From Verrucomicrobiota bacterium (GTDB lineage: Bacteria; Verrucomicrobiota; Verrucomicrobiia; Limisphaerales; CANJXF01): DNA of 64,000 nt. The stretch is taken from contig JBBQRQ010000008.1 in NCBI GenBank assembly GCA_038214755.1, positions 19,013 to 83,012 on the forward strand, read 5' to 3'. The stretch's first letter is position 1, and each line of letters starts with the position of its first letter. Made by a program: the position numbers and the translations under genes. Below are positions 29,770 to 38,849 of the stretch, in pieces. A model generated the notes under the pieces. The model searched no databases, was not told the origin of the DNA, and was given only the letters and a program-made list of their open reading frames with translations.

Positions 29770-29902
29770 GAGCCTGTTGCCCAAAGGACGGAGCGCGGAC
29801 AGCCTTGTCCGCGCGTTTCAAAACCGACAACAACTGTTTTCATCATTTTGAGTTCGCGCGAACAAGGCTGTCTGCGCTCCTGTTGATTTGGCCAACACCC
29901 TC
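29770..29902. repeat. MITE-like element containing a GGAGCGCGGAC REP doublet
   Basis: Degenerate terminal inverted repeats gagcctgttgcccaaa/tttggccaacaccctc. Confidence 0.7.
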
Positions 29903-30017
29903 TCAGCTATCGGTGCTATCAAGGGCGAAGGCCAATTTAGCTGCGCCCCATCCGGTTATTATTTGTGAATGACTTTCGACACGGCCAATAGATGCATCTT
30001 GGAATTTCAACATCCTT

Positions 30018-31505
30018 ATGAAAACAAAGAGAACGAAACCGGTGAGCAGGACAAAGGCTAAATCGAAATCTCCCCTCAAAACTACATCGGCGGCGATGAC
30101 GGGAGATCCTATCCAACACGTCATCGTGCTCATGTTGGAGAACCGTTCCTTCGACCATCTTCTTGGCTGCATGAAGTCGCTCCATCCGAAGTTAGTCGGA
30201 TTTGATCCAGCCAAACCCGGGCTGAACAAGGAGGGGCTGACATGGTATCCGCAGACTCCCGATGCGAAGTTTCTATTGCCTTATGGCGTGGACCCCAAGC
30301 ATGAACTGAGTGACGTGCAGGAACAGGTTGCCTTCAACGGCGCGGCTGGTGGGTATGTCCATAACTTCATCCGCAATTATCCCGACAAAAAGTCCAGCGC
30401 GCCGCAAGTCATGTCTTACTTCGACCGCAAAGGTAAGACCAGGTTGCCTGTGTTGCATACGCTGGCGGAGTCATTCACGATTTGCGACCGTTGGTTCTCG
30501 AGTGTGCCGGGGCCGACTTGGCCGAACCGTTTCTTCGTGCATAGCGGGACCTCCAATGGTTGGATTTATATGCCAGCCGGTTTGTTCAGTCATTGGCATA
30601 ACTATAATCAACCCACCCTTTACCGTCGATTGAAGGAGAAGAACGTCACCTGGCGCATCTACCATGATGGCATTCCGCAATCTCTGATGCTAACGGAATT
30701 GCGACAACCAAGTTACGCGACCAACTTCAGCGACATAAAATATTTCTGGGAGGATACAAAGCAGTCCGAAACGAAATTTCCCCAATACGTGTTCATCGAA
30801 CCCAATTACTTCGGCGGTTATGAGAACGATCAGCATCCACCCGCCAACATGATGGAAGGAGAGGTGTTGATGGCGAAGATTTATAACGCGCTTCGGGCTA
30901 ACGATGCGCTTTGGCAAAAGACCTTACTGGTTATTCTCTATGACGAACATGGCGGCTTCTATGACCAGGTAGTCCCGCCTGCTGCTACTCCTCCAGATCC
31001 GCTCGCCGGAGATGGATTCAAGTTTGATCGATACGGTCCGCGCGTCCCTGCTTTATTGGTGTCGCCTTACGCGCCGCAAAATATCCTTTCAACTTCGTTC
31101 GATCACACTTCGCTTCTCCGCTACCTCTCGGACAAGTGGGGTTTAGGCCCGCTCGGCTCACGAACAGCTGCAGCCAAATCTTTCGCCAGCGTACTGCTCT
31201 CCACTCCGCGCGCGGATACTCCCGCAAACATCCCGCAACCTTCCACGCAACTCAGTGCCACGCTCAAGCTGGCGGCGCGCCAACCTGCGCGCACCCAGGC
31301 ACCGCCACCGATTAATGATCTGCAAGCAACCCTCCTTGCCTTTACTCAGGTGCTCGACGCGGAGATCGATGAACCCGCCGCCCACAAAGCGCGGCGACTC
31401 CGCCTCTCGGTGCAAAGCCCGGAGGATCACATCGCTGTCGCGGAAGAACGGGTGAAGAAATTTCTCGCGCAACAAAAGCGTCGGGCGAAAACGCAGAGGC
31501 GGTGA
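30018..31505 (+). CDS. Phosphoesterase / phospholipase C (PlcH/AcpA-like) family protein
   Basis: IQHVIVLMLENRSFDH, PGPTWPNR, DQHP, YDEHGGFYD, GPRVP, FDHTS. Confidence 0.93.
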   Translation: MKTKRTKPVSRTKAKSKSPLKTTSAAMTGDPIQHVIVLMLENRSFDHLLGCMKSLHPKLVGFDPAKPGLNKEGLTWYPQTPDAKFLLPYGVDPKHELSDVQEQVAFNGAAGGYVHNFIRNYPDKKSSAPQVMSYFDRKGKTRLPVLHTLAESFTICDRWFSSVPGPTWPNRFFVHSGTSNGWIYMPAGLFSHWHNYNQPTLYRRLKEKNVTWRIYHDGIPQSLMLTELRQPSYATNFSDIKYFWEDTKQSETKFPQYVFIEPNYFGGYENDQHPPANMMEGEVLMAKIYNALRANDALWQKTLLVILYDEHGGFYDQVVPPAATPPDPLAGDGFKFDRYGPRVPALLVSPYAPQNILSTSFDHTSLLRYLSDKWGLGPLGSRTAAAKSFASVLLSTPRADTPANIPQPSTQLSATLKLAARQPARTQAPPPINDLQATLLAFTQVLDAEIDEPAAHKARRLRLSVQSPEDHIAVAEERVKKFLAQQKRRAKTQRR

Positions 31506-31517
31506 GATATTTTCGTT

Positions 31518-31725
31518 AAATCCGAATTCCGAAATCCGAGGACCGAAAGAAATCCGAAGACCGAAGGGCGAAAGAGGTGCGGGACGGCGCACATGGCAAA
31601 GCGTCTCCGGGTGTCGGTGAAAGTCGTTTTCGGCATTCGGATTTCGGGCTTCTTTCGGGATTTCGGGATTTCGGGATTTCGGGATTTCTGGAATTCGGAT
31701 TTCTGGAATTCGGAATTCGGAGTTC
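31518..31725. repeat. Inverted heptamer-repeat element (CCGAAAT / ATTTCGG arrays)
   Basis: Same architecture at 38064-38232, 48178-48405 and 49872-50281. Confidence 0.8.
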
Positions 31726-31748
31726 GAGCCAACACCTGAATCCTAATA

Positions 31749-31786
31749 AGAAAAAGCCAGCGCACTTGTTATAGCGCGCTGGCCAT
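31749..31786 (-). terminator. Intrinsic terminator after the DUF892 gene
   Basis: Stem gccagcgc...gcgctggc followed by tttttctt on the minus strand. Confidence 0.7.
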
Positions 31787-31822
31787 TGTTATCGAAAACA
31801 GAACCAGATTAAATACGACAAG

Positions 31823-32341
31823 TTATTTCTGTCGACCGGCAGAGGGGGTTTCTTCTTCGTCTTCTTCTTCCTCAGCCTCCTCCACGTTAATCGCCGTTTC
31901 CGCGATCTCCGTCAGCTTCTCGTCGGTTTCCTTTTCTTCGTTGAGCGTTTCTTCGAGCAACTCAACAGCTTCATCTTCTTCGAGCAGTTCCGCCCAGGCG
32001 ACGAGCGAGCCATAGGAAGCAATCTCATAATGTTCCACTTTTTGCGCCCCGCAAATCAACGCAGCGTCACCCGCCTCCTCTTCAATGAGTTCTTTACCCT
32101 CTTCCAATAGTCCCTGCATGGCCTTGCATTTCTTGCCTCGCGCTGTTTCGCCAAAAATTTCAAAAACTTTTTCCAATCTTTCGATGTGCGTTTCAGTTTG
32201 CGAAAGATGTTCCTCAAACGCCGCCTTCAACTCTTCGTGTTTCGCGGCCTTCGCCATTTTTGGCAAACCTTTGGTCAATTGTTTTTCAGCATCGTAAAGG
32301 TCCTTCAATTCATCGATAAATGTTTCCCTTAAGTTCGGCAT
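31823..32341 (-). CDS. Ferritin-like DUF892 (YciE/YciF family) stress protein
   Basis: LKDLYDAEKQL, HL.QT..HIERL, AQKVEHYEIASYG; AGGAG RBS. Confidence 0.93.
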   Translation of the reverse strand: MPNLRETFIDELKDLYDAEKQLTKGLPKMAKAAKHEELKAAFEEHLSQTETHIERLEKVFEIFGETARGKKCKAMQGLLEEGKELIEEEAGDAALICGAQKVEHYEIASYGSLVAWAELLEEDEAVELLEETLNEEKETDEKLTEIAETAINVEEAEEEEDEEETPSAGRQK

Positions 32342-32726
32342 AATTTCTCCTTGGTTTCTCCAAAGAAGGAGCCTGCACAGCGCAAACCCCGGTTGGAGCG
32401 CAAGGAAAATAAATTTCTTCCCTATTGTTTCAATACCGGCAAAGCCTGAAAATATCCCATTCCTTTTTGCTGACTTCAGAGCGAAAGAAGAAAGAATCCC
32501 ACAGAGAACTCGACTGCAAGTTTTCCCATTTCAACAGCATCTCCGAAAGAACGTGTTCAGTCCCCGCCCTGTTTTTCTCAGGTTCGCAATACGAGAAGCT
32601 CCTGAGCGTCCGATGGGTAAAAATTTCTCAATTGTCCGTTGACACTCCAATAATCGCGCGGATAAATTGCGCGCCTTAAAATTTCGGTTGGAACAGAAGT
32701 TTTTCAGCGGCAAAAAAATAATAGCC

Positions 32727-34565
32727 ATGGAGCCTACAACTCACGAAACACATCACGACGACGCGCACGCCCATCACGAGCCAGGATTCTGGGGAAAATA
32801 TGTTTTCTCCACCGACCATAAAATTATTGGGATCCAATACGGCATCACCGCCCTCGTCTTTTTATTCTTCGGCTTTTCCTTGATGATGATAATGCGCTGG
32901 CAACTCGCCTATCCGAATCAGCCCATCCCGGTCGTCGGAAAACTTCTGGAAAAAGCGCTCGGCGACGTCGCCGCTGGTGGGAAAATGTCCCCGGATTTGT
33001 ATAACGCTTTTGGCGCGATGCACGGGACGATCATGGTCTTTCTCGGAATCGTGCCGCTGGCTTTCGCCGCCTTTGGAAATTACGTCGTGCCACTCCAAAT
33101 CGGTGCCGTGGACATGGCGTTTCCGCGCATCAACATGGCGAGCTACCAATCGTTTGTCATCGGAGGCGTCATCATGTTGGTCAGCTTTTTTATTCCGGGT
33201 GGCGCGGCGCAAGCGGGTTGGACTTCTTACTCACCTCTTGCAACAGTTATTCCGTCGCATGGACAAACTTTTTGGATCATCGGAATGGTGTTTTTAATTA
33301 CCTCGTCGCTTCTCGGCGCCGTGAATTTTATTGCCACGATTATTCAAATGCGCGCCCCGGGAATGAATTGGATGCGCCTGCCGTTTTTTGTTTGGGCGCA
33401 ATTTGTCACCGCCTTTCTTTTGCTGCTGGCATTTCCTCCACTCGAAGCCGCGGCCATCATGCAGTTGATGGATAAAGTCGCGCATACCAGTTTCTTTCTT
33501 CCCACCGGTTTAATTGTCTCCGGCCAAATCGCCAACATCAGCGGCGGCGGCAGTCCATTGCTCTGGCAACATCTGTTTTGGTTCCTTGCTCATCCCGAAG
33601 TTTATGTTTTGATTCTTCCCGCGATGGGCATCGTTTGCGAAATCATCGCGAACAATACGCGCAAGCCGATTTGGGGTTACAAATCGTTGGTCTATTCGGT
33701 GCTGGCCATCGGATTTTTGTCATTCATCGTTTGGGCGCATCACATGTATCTCACCGGAATGGGAACGAAGATCAGCACGTTTTTTCAGACGACCACGATG
33801 ATCATTTCAATTCCATCCGTCATCATTTTGACCTGTTTCTTTATTTCACTTTGGGGCGGCTCAATTCGTTTCAACACGCCGATGCTTTTCTGTCTTTCGT
33901 TCCTCCCAATGTTTGGCATTGGCGGACTGACCGGCCTTCCGCTCGGTTTCAATTACAGCGATTTATTTTTGCACGACACTTATTACGTCATCGCGCATTT
34001 CCATTACATCGTCGCGCCGGGAACCATCTTCGGACTCTTTGCCGGAATTTATTATTGGTATCCCAAAGCGACGGGAAGATTGATGAGCGAATTCTGGGGC
34101 AAAGTGCATTTCTGGCTTTCGTTTCTGTTCATGAATTTGATTTTCCAACCGATGTTCGTGCAAGGAATGGCGGGACTCAATCGCCGTCTTTACGATGGCG
34201 GCGCAACTTACGTCGGCGCGACCAATCCGTCCGGCGGCATTGTCGGCATCCCGCAATTTTTTCTCGATTTAAACAAAATGATTTCGTTCGCGGCCTGGGC
34301 ATTGGCGTTGGCGCAAATTCCGTTCATCATCAATTTTTTCTGGAGCATGAAACACGGAAAGAAAATCACGTCGGACAATCCGTGGGAAGCGACGACGCTC
34401 GAATGGCAAACTCCCACACCGCCGCCGCATGGAAATTTTTTGGTCACGCCGAATGTTTATCGCGGGCCGTATGAGTACAGCGTTCCGGGTCATGCCATTG
34501 ATTTTACGCCGCAAAACGAACCCGATCATCCCGTGGCTAAACCCGTCCAACCTTCTCACGTTTAA
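32727..34565 (+). CDS. ctaD: Cytochrome c oxidase subunit I (A1-type)
   Basis: STDHKIIG, MHGTIM, HPEVY, VWAHHM, LHDTYYVIAHFHY. Confidence 0.96.
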   Translation: MEPTTHETHHDDAHAHHEPGFWGKYVFSTDHKIIGIQYGITALVFLFFGFSLMMIMRWQLAYPNQPIPVVGKLLEKALGDVAAGGKMSPDLYNAFGAMHGTIMVFLGIVPLAFAAFGNYVVPLQIGAVDMAFPRINMASYQSFVIGGVIMLVSFFIPGGAAQAGWTSYSPLATVIPSHGQTFWIIGMVFLITSSLLGAVNFIATIIQMRAPGMNWMRLPFFVWAQFVTAFLLLLAFPPLEAAAIMQLMDKVAHTSFFLPTGLIVSGQIANISGGGSPLLWQHLFWFLAHPEVYVLILPAMGIVCEIIANNTRKPIWGYKSLVYSVLAIGFLSFIVWAHHMYLTGMGTKISTFFQTTTMIISIPSVIILTCFFISLWGGSIRFNTPMLFCLSFLPMFGIGGLTGLPLGFNYSDLFLHDTYYVIAHFHYIVAPGTIFGLFAGIYYWYPKATGRLMSEFWGKVHFWLSFLFMNLIFQPMFVQGMAGLNRRLYDGGATYVGATNPSGGIVGIPQFFLDLNKMISFAAWALALAQIPFIINFFWSMKHGKKITSDNPWEATTLEWQTPTPPPHGNFLVTPNVYRGPYEYSVPGHAIDFTPQNEPDHPVAKPVQPSHV

Positions 34566-34567
34566 AC

Positions 34568-35422
34568 ATGGAAATTCCCTTCACAGTCAAACCGCGTCCG
34601 GACACGGGACTTTACAACGCGAAGGTGGGCATCTGGCTTTTTCTCGCGTCGGAAGTCATGCTCTTCGGCGCGCTTTTTTCCTCCTACATTTTGTTGCGCG
34701 TTGGCGCGGCGGCGGGAACCTGGCCGCACGGTTTGCTCAACGTGACTCTCGGCACGATCAACACCGTTGTTCTCATTACGTCGAGTATCACCGTCGTGAT
34801 GGCATGGGTTTCATTGAAGCTCAAACAATTTGGAAAATTTAGATTGTACCAGTCGATCACGCTGCTGTGCGCTCTGGCATTTTTGGGAATCAAATCTTTT
34901 GAATACCGCGACAAATTTAGCCATTACCAAATTTTGAAAAAGGACGGCGCCTACGTCGATGGCCACATGCACGGCGCAACCTATCTCGACAAGGAAGGCA
35001 AGCCGCGCGAAGAACATAAATTTCGCGGTCTGACTTTTAAAGAAGGCACTGCGGAATATTCGTTGAAGGAAGTAACGCTCAACGGATTTGAGGCGAAAGA
35101 ATTGGCAGAAATCAACGAAGCCCATTCCGGTCCCAAACATGAACACACCAACATCTCCGTCGAGGCCACTGAAATAAAAAAAATCGATAACTACGGCCCT
35201 TGGCACAACACCTACATGGCGATTTATTTCACGCTGACCGGATTGCACGCCTTGCACGTGATCGGCGGCGCACTGGTCATTTTCGTTCTATGGGCAGGCG
35301 GCGGCAAAATGTGGCGGACTGATCCGGAACGTTTCACCAATCGCATCGAAGTCTCGGGACTGTTCTGGCACTTCGTTGATTTGGTTTGGATATTCCTTTT
35401 TCCAGTGCTTTATCTTCTCTAA
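34568..35422 (+). CDS. ctaE: Cytochrome c oxidase subunit III with a soluble insert
   Basis: WLFLASEVMLF, LTGLHALHV, WHFVDLVWIFLF. Confidence 0.93.
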   Translation: MEIPFTVKPRPDTGLYNAKVGIWLFLASEVMLFGALFSSYILLRVGAAAGTWPHGLLNVTLGTINTVVLITSSITVVMAWVSLKLKQFGKFRLYQSITLLCALAFLGIKSFEYRDKFSHYQILKKDGAYVDGHMHGATYLDKEGKPREEHKFRGLTFKEGTAEYSLKEVTLNGFEAKELAEINEAHSGPKHEHTNISVEATEIKKIDNYGPWHNTYMAIYFTLTGLHALHVIGGALVIFVLWAGGGKMWRTDPERFTNRIEVSGLFWHFVDLVWIFLFPVLYLL

Positions 35423-35454
35423 AAAATATGAGCGAAAATCATCCGCGAGAAATC

Positions 35455-35651
35455 GTAGCCGCCGACGTAAGGAGGCGGTTCGATTCTACTGCGAAAGACC
35501 GCCTATCCGCGACGCCGGAACGCCGATCTCCTGATCGGCCCGGTGCTAGCAGCATTTCCTCCGAGCCGATCAGGAGATCGGCGCTCCTACTGCGTCGTGG
35601 CCGCGGTGCCCGGTTGCAGGCCGAGGCGTTTCTCCTCACGTCGGCGGCTAC
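35455..35651. repeat. Nested REP doublets between duplicated ctaF start regions
   Basis: Outer gtagccgccgacgt...acgtcggcggctac; inner ggaacgccgatctcc...ggagatcggcgctcc (35517-35587). Confidence 0.85.
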
Positions 35652-35669
35652 GTCACAAATTAAAAACTT

Positions 35670-36008
35670 ATGAGCGAAAACCATGCGCACCCACATGCGG
35701 AGCACGACGCCAGCAAACATGTTCGCGGCTACCTGATCGTCTTCGGCGCGCTGCTGATCGGAACCTTGCTGACCGTTTGGGCGTCCTACATTCATTTCGG
35801 CAGCAAAGACAGCAACGTGGGAAACATCGTCGTGGCGCTGGTCATCGCGCTGACCAAAGCATTCCTCGTCGCCGGCTATTTCATGCATTTGATTTCAGAA
35901 AAGAAAATGATCTATTCCATCCTCGCGTTCACCGGTTTCTTTTTCGTCGGCTTGATGTTTCTGACAATCTGGTCGATGGATCCTCGGAGCATAATTCATT
36001 TCAAATAG
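35670..36008 (+). CDS. Cytochrome c oxidase subunit IV family protein
   Basis: YLIVFGALL, IA..KA.LV..YFMHL. Confidence 0.9.
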   Translation: MSENHAHPHAEHDASKHVRGYLIVFGALLIGTLLTVWASYIHFGSKDSNVGNIVVALVIALTKAFLVAGYFMHLISEKKMIYSILAFTGFFFVGLMFLTIWSMDPRSIIHFK

Positions 36009-36010
36009 AT

Positions 36011-36217
36011 ATGTCCCTGAAAGCTTTTCACATTGTTTTTGTCGCCGCGTCCACGCTGCTGGCGTTTGGTTTTGGCGCGTGGGAGCTTAAAAATTATTTT
36101 GCCACTGAAGAAAAACAATCGTTGCTGCTTGGAATTTTTTCGCTCGTGGCCGGCGTCGCTTTGATCTGGTACGGCAAGGTCGTTTTAAAAAAATTAAAAC
36201 ACATCAGCTATCTATGA
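36011..36217 (+). CDS. Small two-TM membrane protein in the oxidase operon
   Basis: MSLKAFHIVF...KKLKHISYL, tightly packed between its neighbours. Confidence 0.75.
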   Translation: MSLKAFHIVFVAASTLLAFGFGAWELKNYFATEEKQSLLLGIFSLVAGVALIWYGKVVLKKLKHISYL

Positions 36218-36468
36218 AACGCGCCAAAATCATCGCATCAATTTTCCTGCTGCTGGCGCTGGCTCCGGCGGCGATGGCTTGCGCGGTCTGCGGCGGCGCT
36301 TCCGATTCGGCCATGGCGAAGGGCATGAACTGGGGCATTTTCAGTTTGATGGCGGTGATCGGCTCGATGCTCGCGGGCATCGCCAGTTTTTTTGTTTTCC
36401 TCGCGAAAAAATCCGTGCGACTCAATGCCACTCCCGTTTCGGAATCCTCCGATAAAAAAGAATTTTAA
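36214..36468 (+). CDS. Small membrane protein with a CxxC motif
   Basis: Signal peptide, then ACAVCGG and one TM helix; ATGA overlap. Confidence 0.78.
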   Translation: MKRAKIIASIFLLLALAPAAMACAVCGGASDSAMAKGMNWGIFSLMAVIGSMLAGIASFFVFLAKKSVRLNATPVSESSDKKEF

Positions 36469-36472
36469 ATCA

Positions 36473-37252
36473 ATGAAGTACCTGGATATTTCGCGCTTCC
36501 TCCAATTGCCCATTCTCGCTTCCGAGCACGGCCGGAAAGTGGATGCCCTCATCATTTACGTCCATTGGCTGATGATCGTTTTGTTCGTCGGCTGGATCGC
36601 TTACTTTTTTTACGCCATTTATCGATTCCGCCAATCGAAAAATCCCAAGGCGGATTATGTCGGAGTGAAAACTCACGCCTCAACTTATATCGAAGTCGCC
36701 GTCGCGGTGGTGGAAGGAGTTTTGTTGCTGGGCATGGCAATTCCGCTCTGGGCAAAATCGGCGGACAAATATCCGCTGGAAAAAGACGCGACCGTTCTTC
36801 GCGTCACGGCTGAACAGTTCTCCTGGAATTCCCGCTATCCGGGCGCGGATGGAATTTTTGGCAAACAGGATTTTCGCTCCATCAGTTCCAGCAATTTACT
36901 CGGCTACGTGGCCGATGACCCAAATGCAAAAGATGACATCGAACCGCCTGCCAAAGAAATTCACGTCCCGGTCAACAAACCCGTTATTATTTTTTTGACC
37001 TCAAAAGATGTCATTCATTCTTTTCAACTTGATCCGATGCGCGTCACGCAAGATGCGATTCCCGGAATGAGGATCCCCGCGCAGTTCACTCCAAACCGAG
37101 TCGGCCAATATAAAGTTCAATGCGCGCAACTTTGCGGCAGCGGACATTCCACCATGGACGCAATTTTTACGGTGGAGACGGCGGAAGATTATCAAAAATG
37201 GTCGGAAGCAAAACTCAAGGCGAAGGCCACCAGCGCCACGGTTTTTGAATAG
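36473..37252 (+). CDS. ctaC: Cytochrome c oxidase subunit II
   Basis: Two TM helices, SKDVIHSF, DAIPG, CAQLCGSGHSTM (CuA site). Confidence 0.95.
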   Translation: MKYLDISRFLQLPILASEHGRKVDALIIYVHWLMIVLFVGWIAYFFYAIYRFRQSKNPKADYVGVKTHASTYIEVAVAVVEGVLLLGMAIPLWAKSADKYPLEKDATVLRVTAEQFSWNSRYPGADGIFGKQDFRSISSSNLLGYVADDPNAKDDIEPPAKEIHVPVNKPVIIFLTSKDVIHSFQLDPMRVTQDAIPGMRIPAQFTPNRVGQYKVQCAQLCGSGHSTMDAIFTVETAEDYQKWSEAKLKAKATSATVFE

Positions 37253-37276
37253 GAGCAAATCCGCGCATCAAAACTC

Positions 37277-37373
37277 GGAGCGCGGACGTTCTCGTCCGCG
37301 AGTCTTGGACGCCGCATCCTTCCAATGAAGTTGAATCACGCTCTCTTCGCGCGGACAAGGCTGTCCGCGCTCC
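37277..37373. repeat. REP doublet (GGAGCGCGGAC family)
   Basis: Terminal inverted repeat ggagcgcggac/gtccgcgctcc. Confidence 0.85.
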
Positions 37374-37428
37374 TATGGGTTTCGGCGCCACGCTTTTTTC
37401 CACGCCAGCTGCTCCTAATAATTTCCGA

Positions 37429-38064
37429 ATGAAATCAAAACTGCAACGCGTCCAATTTTTCGTGTGGGGATTTTTATTTTTAGTGAGCGCCGTGATCGTT
37501 GGCGCGTTCATTTGGACGAAGTTGCAGGCGCGCGGAAAACCTCTGCTGATTTACAGCCAGATCGATCATTTTTCTTTGACCAATCAGCACAACGAAATTG
37601 TTTCCAGCGAGAAGCTCCATGGAAAAATCTGGATCGCCGATGTGATTTTTACGCGTTGTCCGTTGCAATGTGCTCGCATGACCAAACGGTTCGAGCAATT
37701 GCAAGAGGCGTTGCCCAAAGACAATTCCGTTCAACTGATTTCCATCACCGCCGATCCGCAATTCGATACGCCGGAAGTTTTGAAAAATTATGCGCAACAA
37801 TACGGCGCGGACCAAAGTCGCTGGTGGTTTTTGACCGGGCCAAAATCCGAGATCAATCGTGTGGTGGTCTCTGGACTCAAACTGGTTATTTACGAAAAAA
37901 AACCGGAGGAACGCGAGGTGCCCGCGGATTTATTTTTGCACAGCACGAAATTTGTTCTGGTGGATGGACAAGGAAGAGTTCGAGGCTGGTTCAATGGCGA
38001 AAGCGAGGAAAGCAAAGGGGAAATTCTTCGCGCGGTAAAAACATTGAAGAAGGAGAAAAGATGA
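37429..38064 (+). CDS. SCO family copper chaperone
   Basis: FTRCPLQC, DP..DTP, HSTKFVLVD. Confidence 0.93.
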   Translation: MKSKLQRVQFFVWGFLFLVSAVIVGAFIWTKLQARGKPLLIYSQIDHFSLTNQHNEIVSSEKLHGKIWIADVIFTRCPLQCARMTKRFEQLQEALPKDNSVQLISITADPQFDTPEVLKNYAQQYGADQSRWWFLTGPKSEINRVVVSGLKLVIYEKKPEEREVPADLFLHSTKFVLVDGQGRVRGWFNGESEESKGEILRAVKTLKKEKR

Positions 38065-38232
38065 ATTCGAAATCCGAAATCCGAGGTCCGAAAGAAAGCC
38101 GAAGCCCGAAGGCCGAAAGCGGCGGGGAACCGCGGAGTTTGGCAAAATTCTTTTCTGGACACAGGCGCAATCGTTTTCGGTATTCGGAGTTCGGACTTCT
38201 TTCGGATTTCGGGGATTCGGATTTCGGATTTT
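38064..38232. repeat. Inverted heptamer-repeat element
   Basis: (ccgaaat)-type array facing a (ttcggat)-type array. Confidence 0.78.
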
Positions 38233-38272
38233 GGGCTCACCCGTTCTCTTAAAAACAAATCACGACGAAATC

Positions 38273-38698
38273 ATGACGCTTTCCGATCTTCCCGCCCTCA
38301 ACGCGACTCTCAATGCCATCAGCGCCATCTTTCTGGCGTGCGGATATTTTTTTATTCGCCGGAAAAATATTCTCGCGCATCGCAACTGCATGATCAGCGC
38401 CTTCTGCACTTCGACCGTGTTCCTGGTTTGTTATCTGGTCTATCACTTCAACGTCGGGCGCACCAACTTCGTCAAGCCGCCCTGGTTCCGGCCAATCTAT
38501 CTTACTCTCTTGCTAACCCACACCGTTCTTGCCGTCGTGATTGTGCCGATGATTTTCATAACACTGTCGCGCGCCTTGCGAGCGAAATTTGATTTGCACA
38601 AAAAAATTGCGCGGTGGACGTGGCCGCTCTGGATGTATGTGTCGGTGACGGGCGTGATAATTTATTTTCTGCTCTACCAAATTTTTCCACAGCGTTGA
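38273..38698 (+). CDS. DUF420 family membrane protein (CtaM-like)
   Basis: LPALNATLN, HRNCM, HKKIARWTWPLWMYVSVTG. Confidence 0.92.
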   Translation: MTLSDLPALNATLNAISAIFLACGYFFIRRKNILAHRNCMISAFCTSTVFLVCYLVYHFNVGRTNFVKPPWFRPIYLTLLLTHTVLAVVIVPMIFITLSRALRAKFDLHKKIARWTWPLWMYVSVTGVIIYFLLYQIFPQR

Positions 38699-38849
38699 AC
38701 CGCGTTTAGAGCAGCGCGGAATTTATTCCGCTTCAAGGTGAATTCCAAAGTGATGCGGACCGAACTCTCCGCCATTGCCTACAATTCGTCGCCCGCTTTT
38801 CCTTCCCGAAGGGATTGCATTTAGCCCTGGGTTGCGAGGCGCCAGCCGA

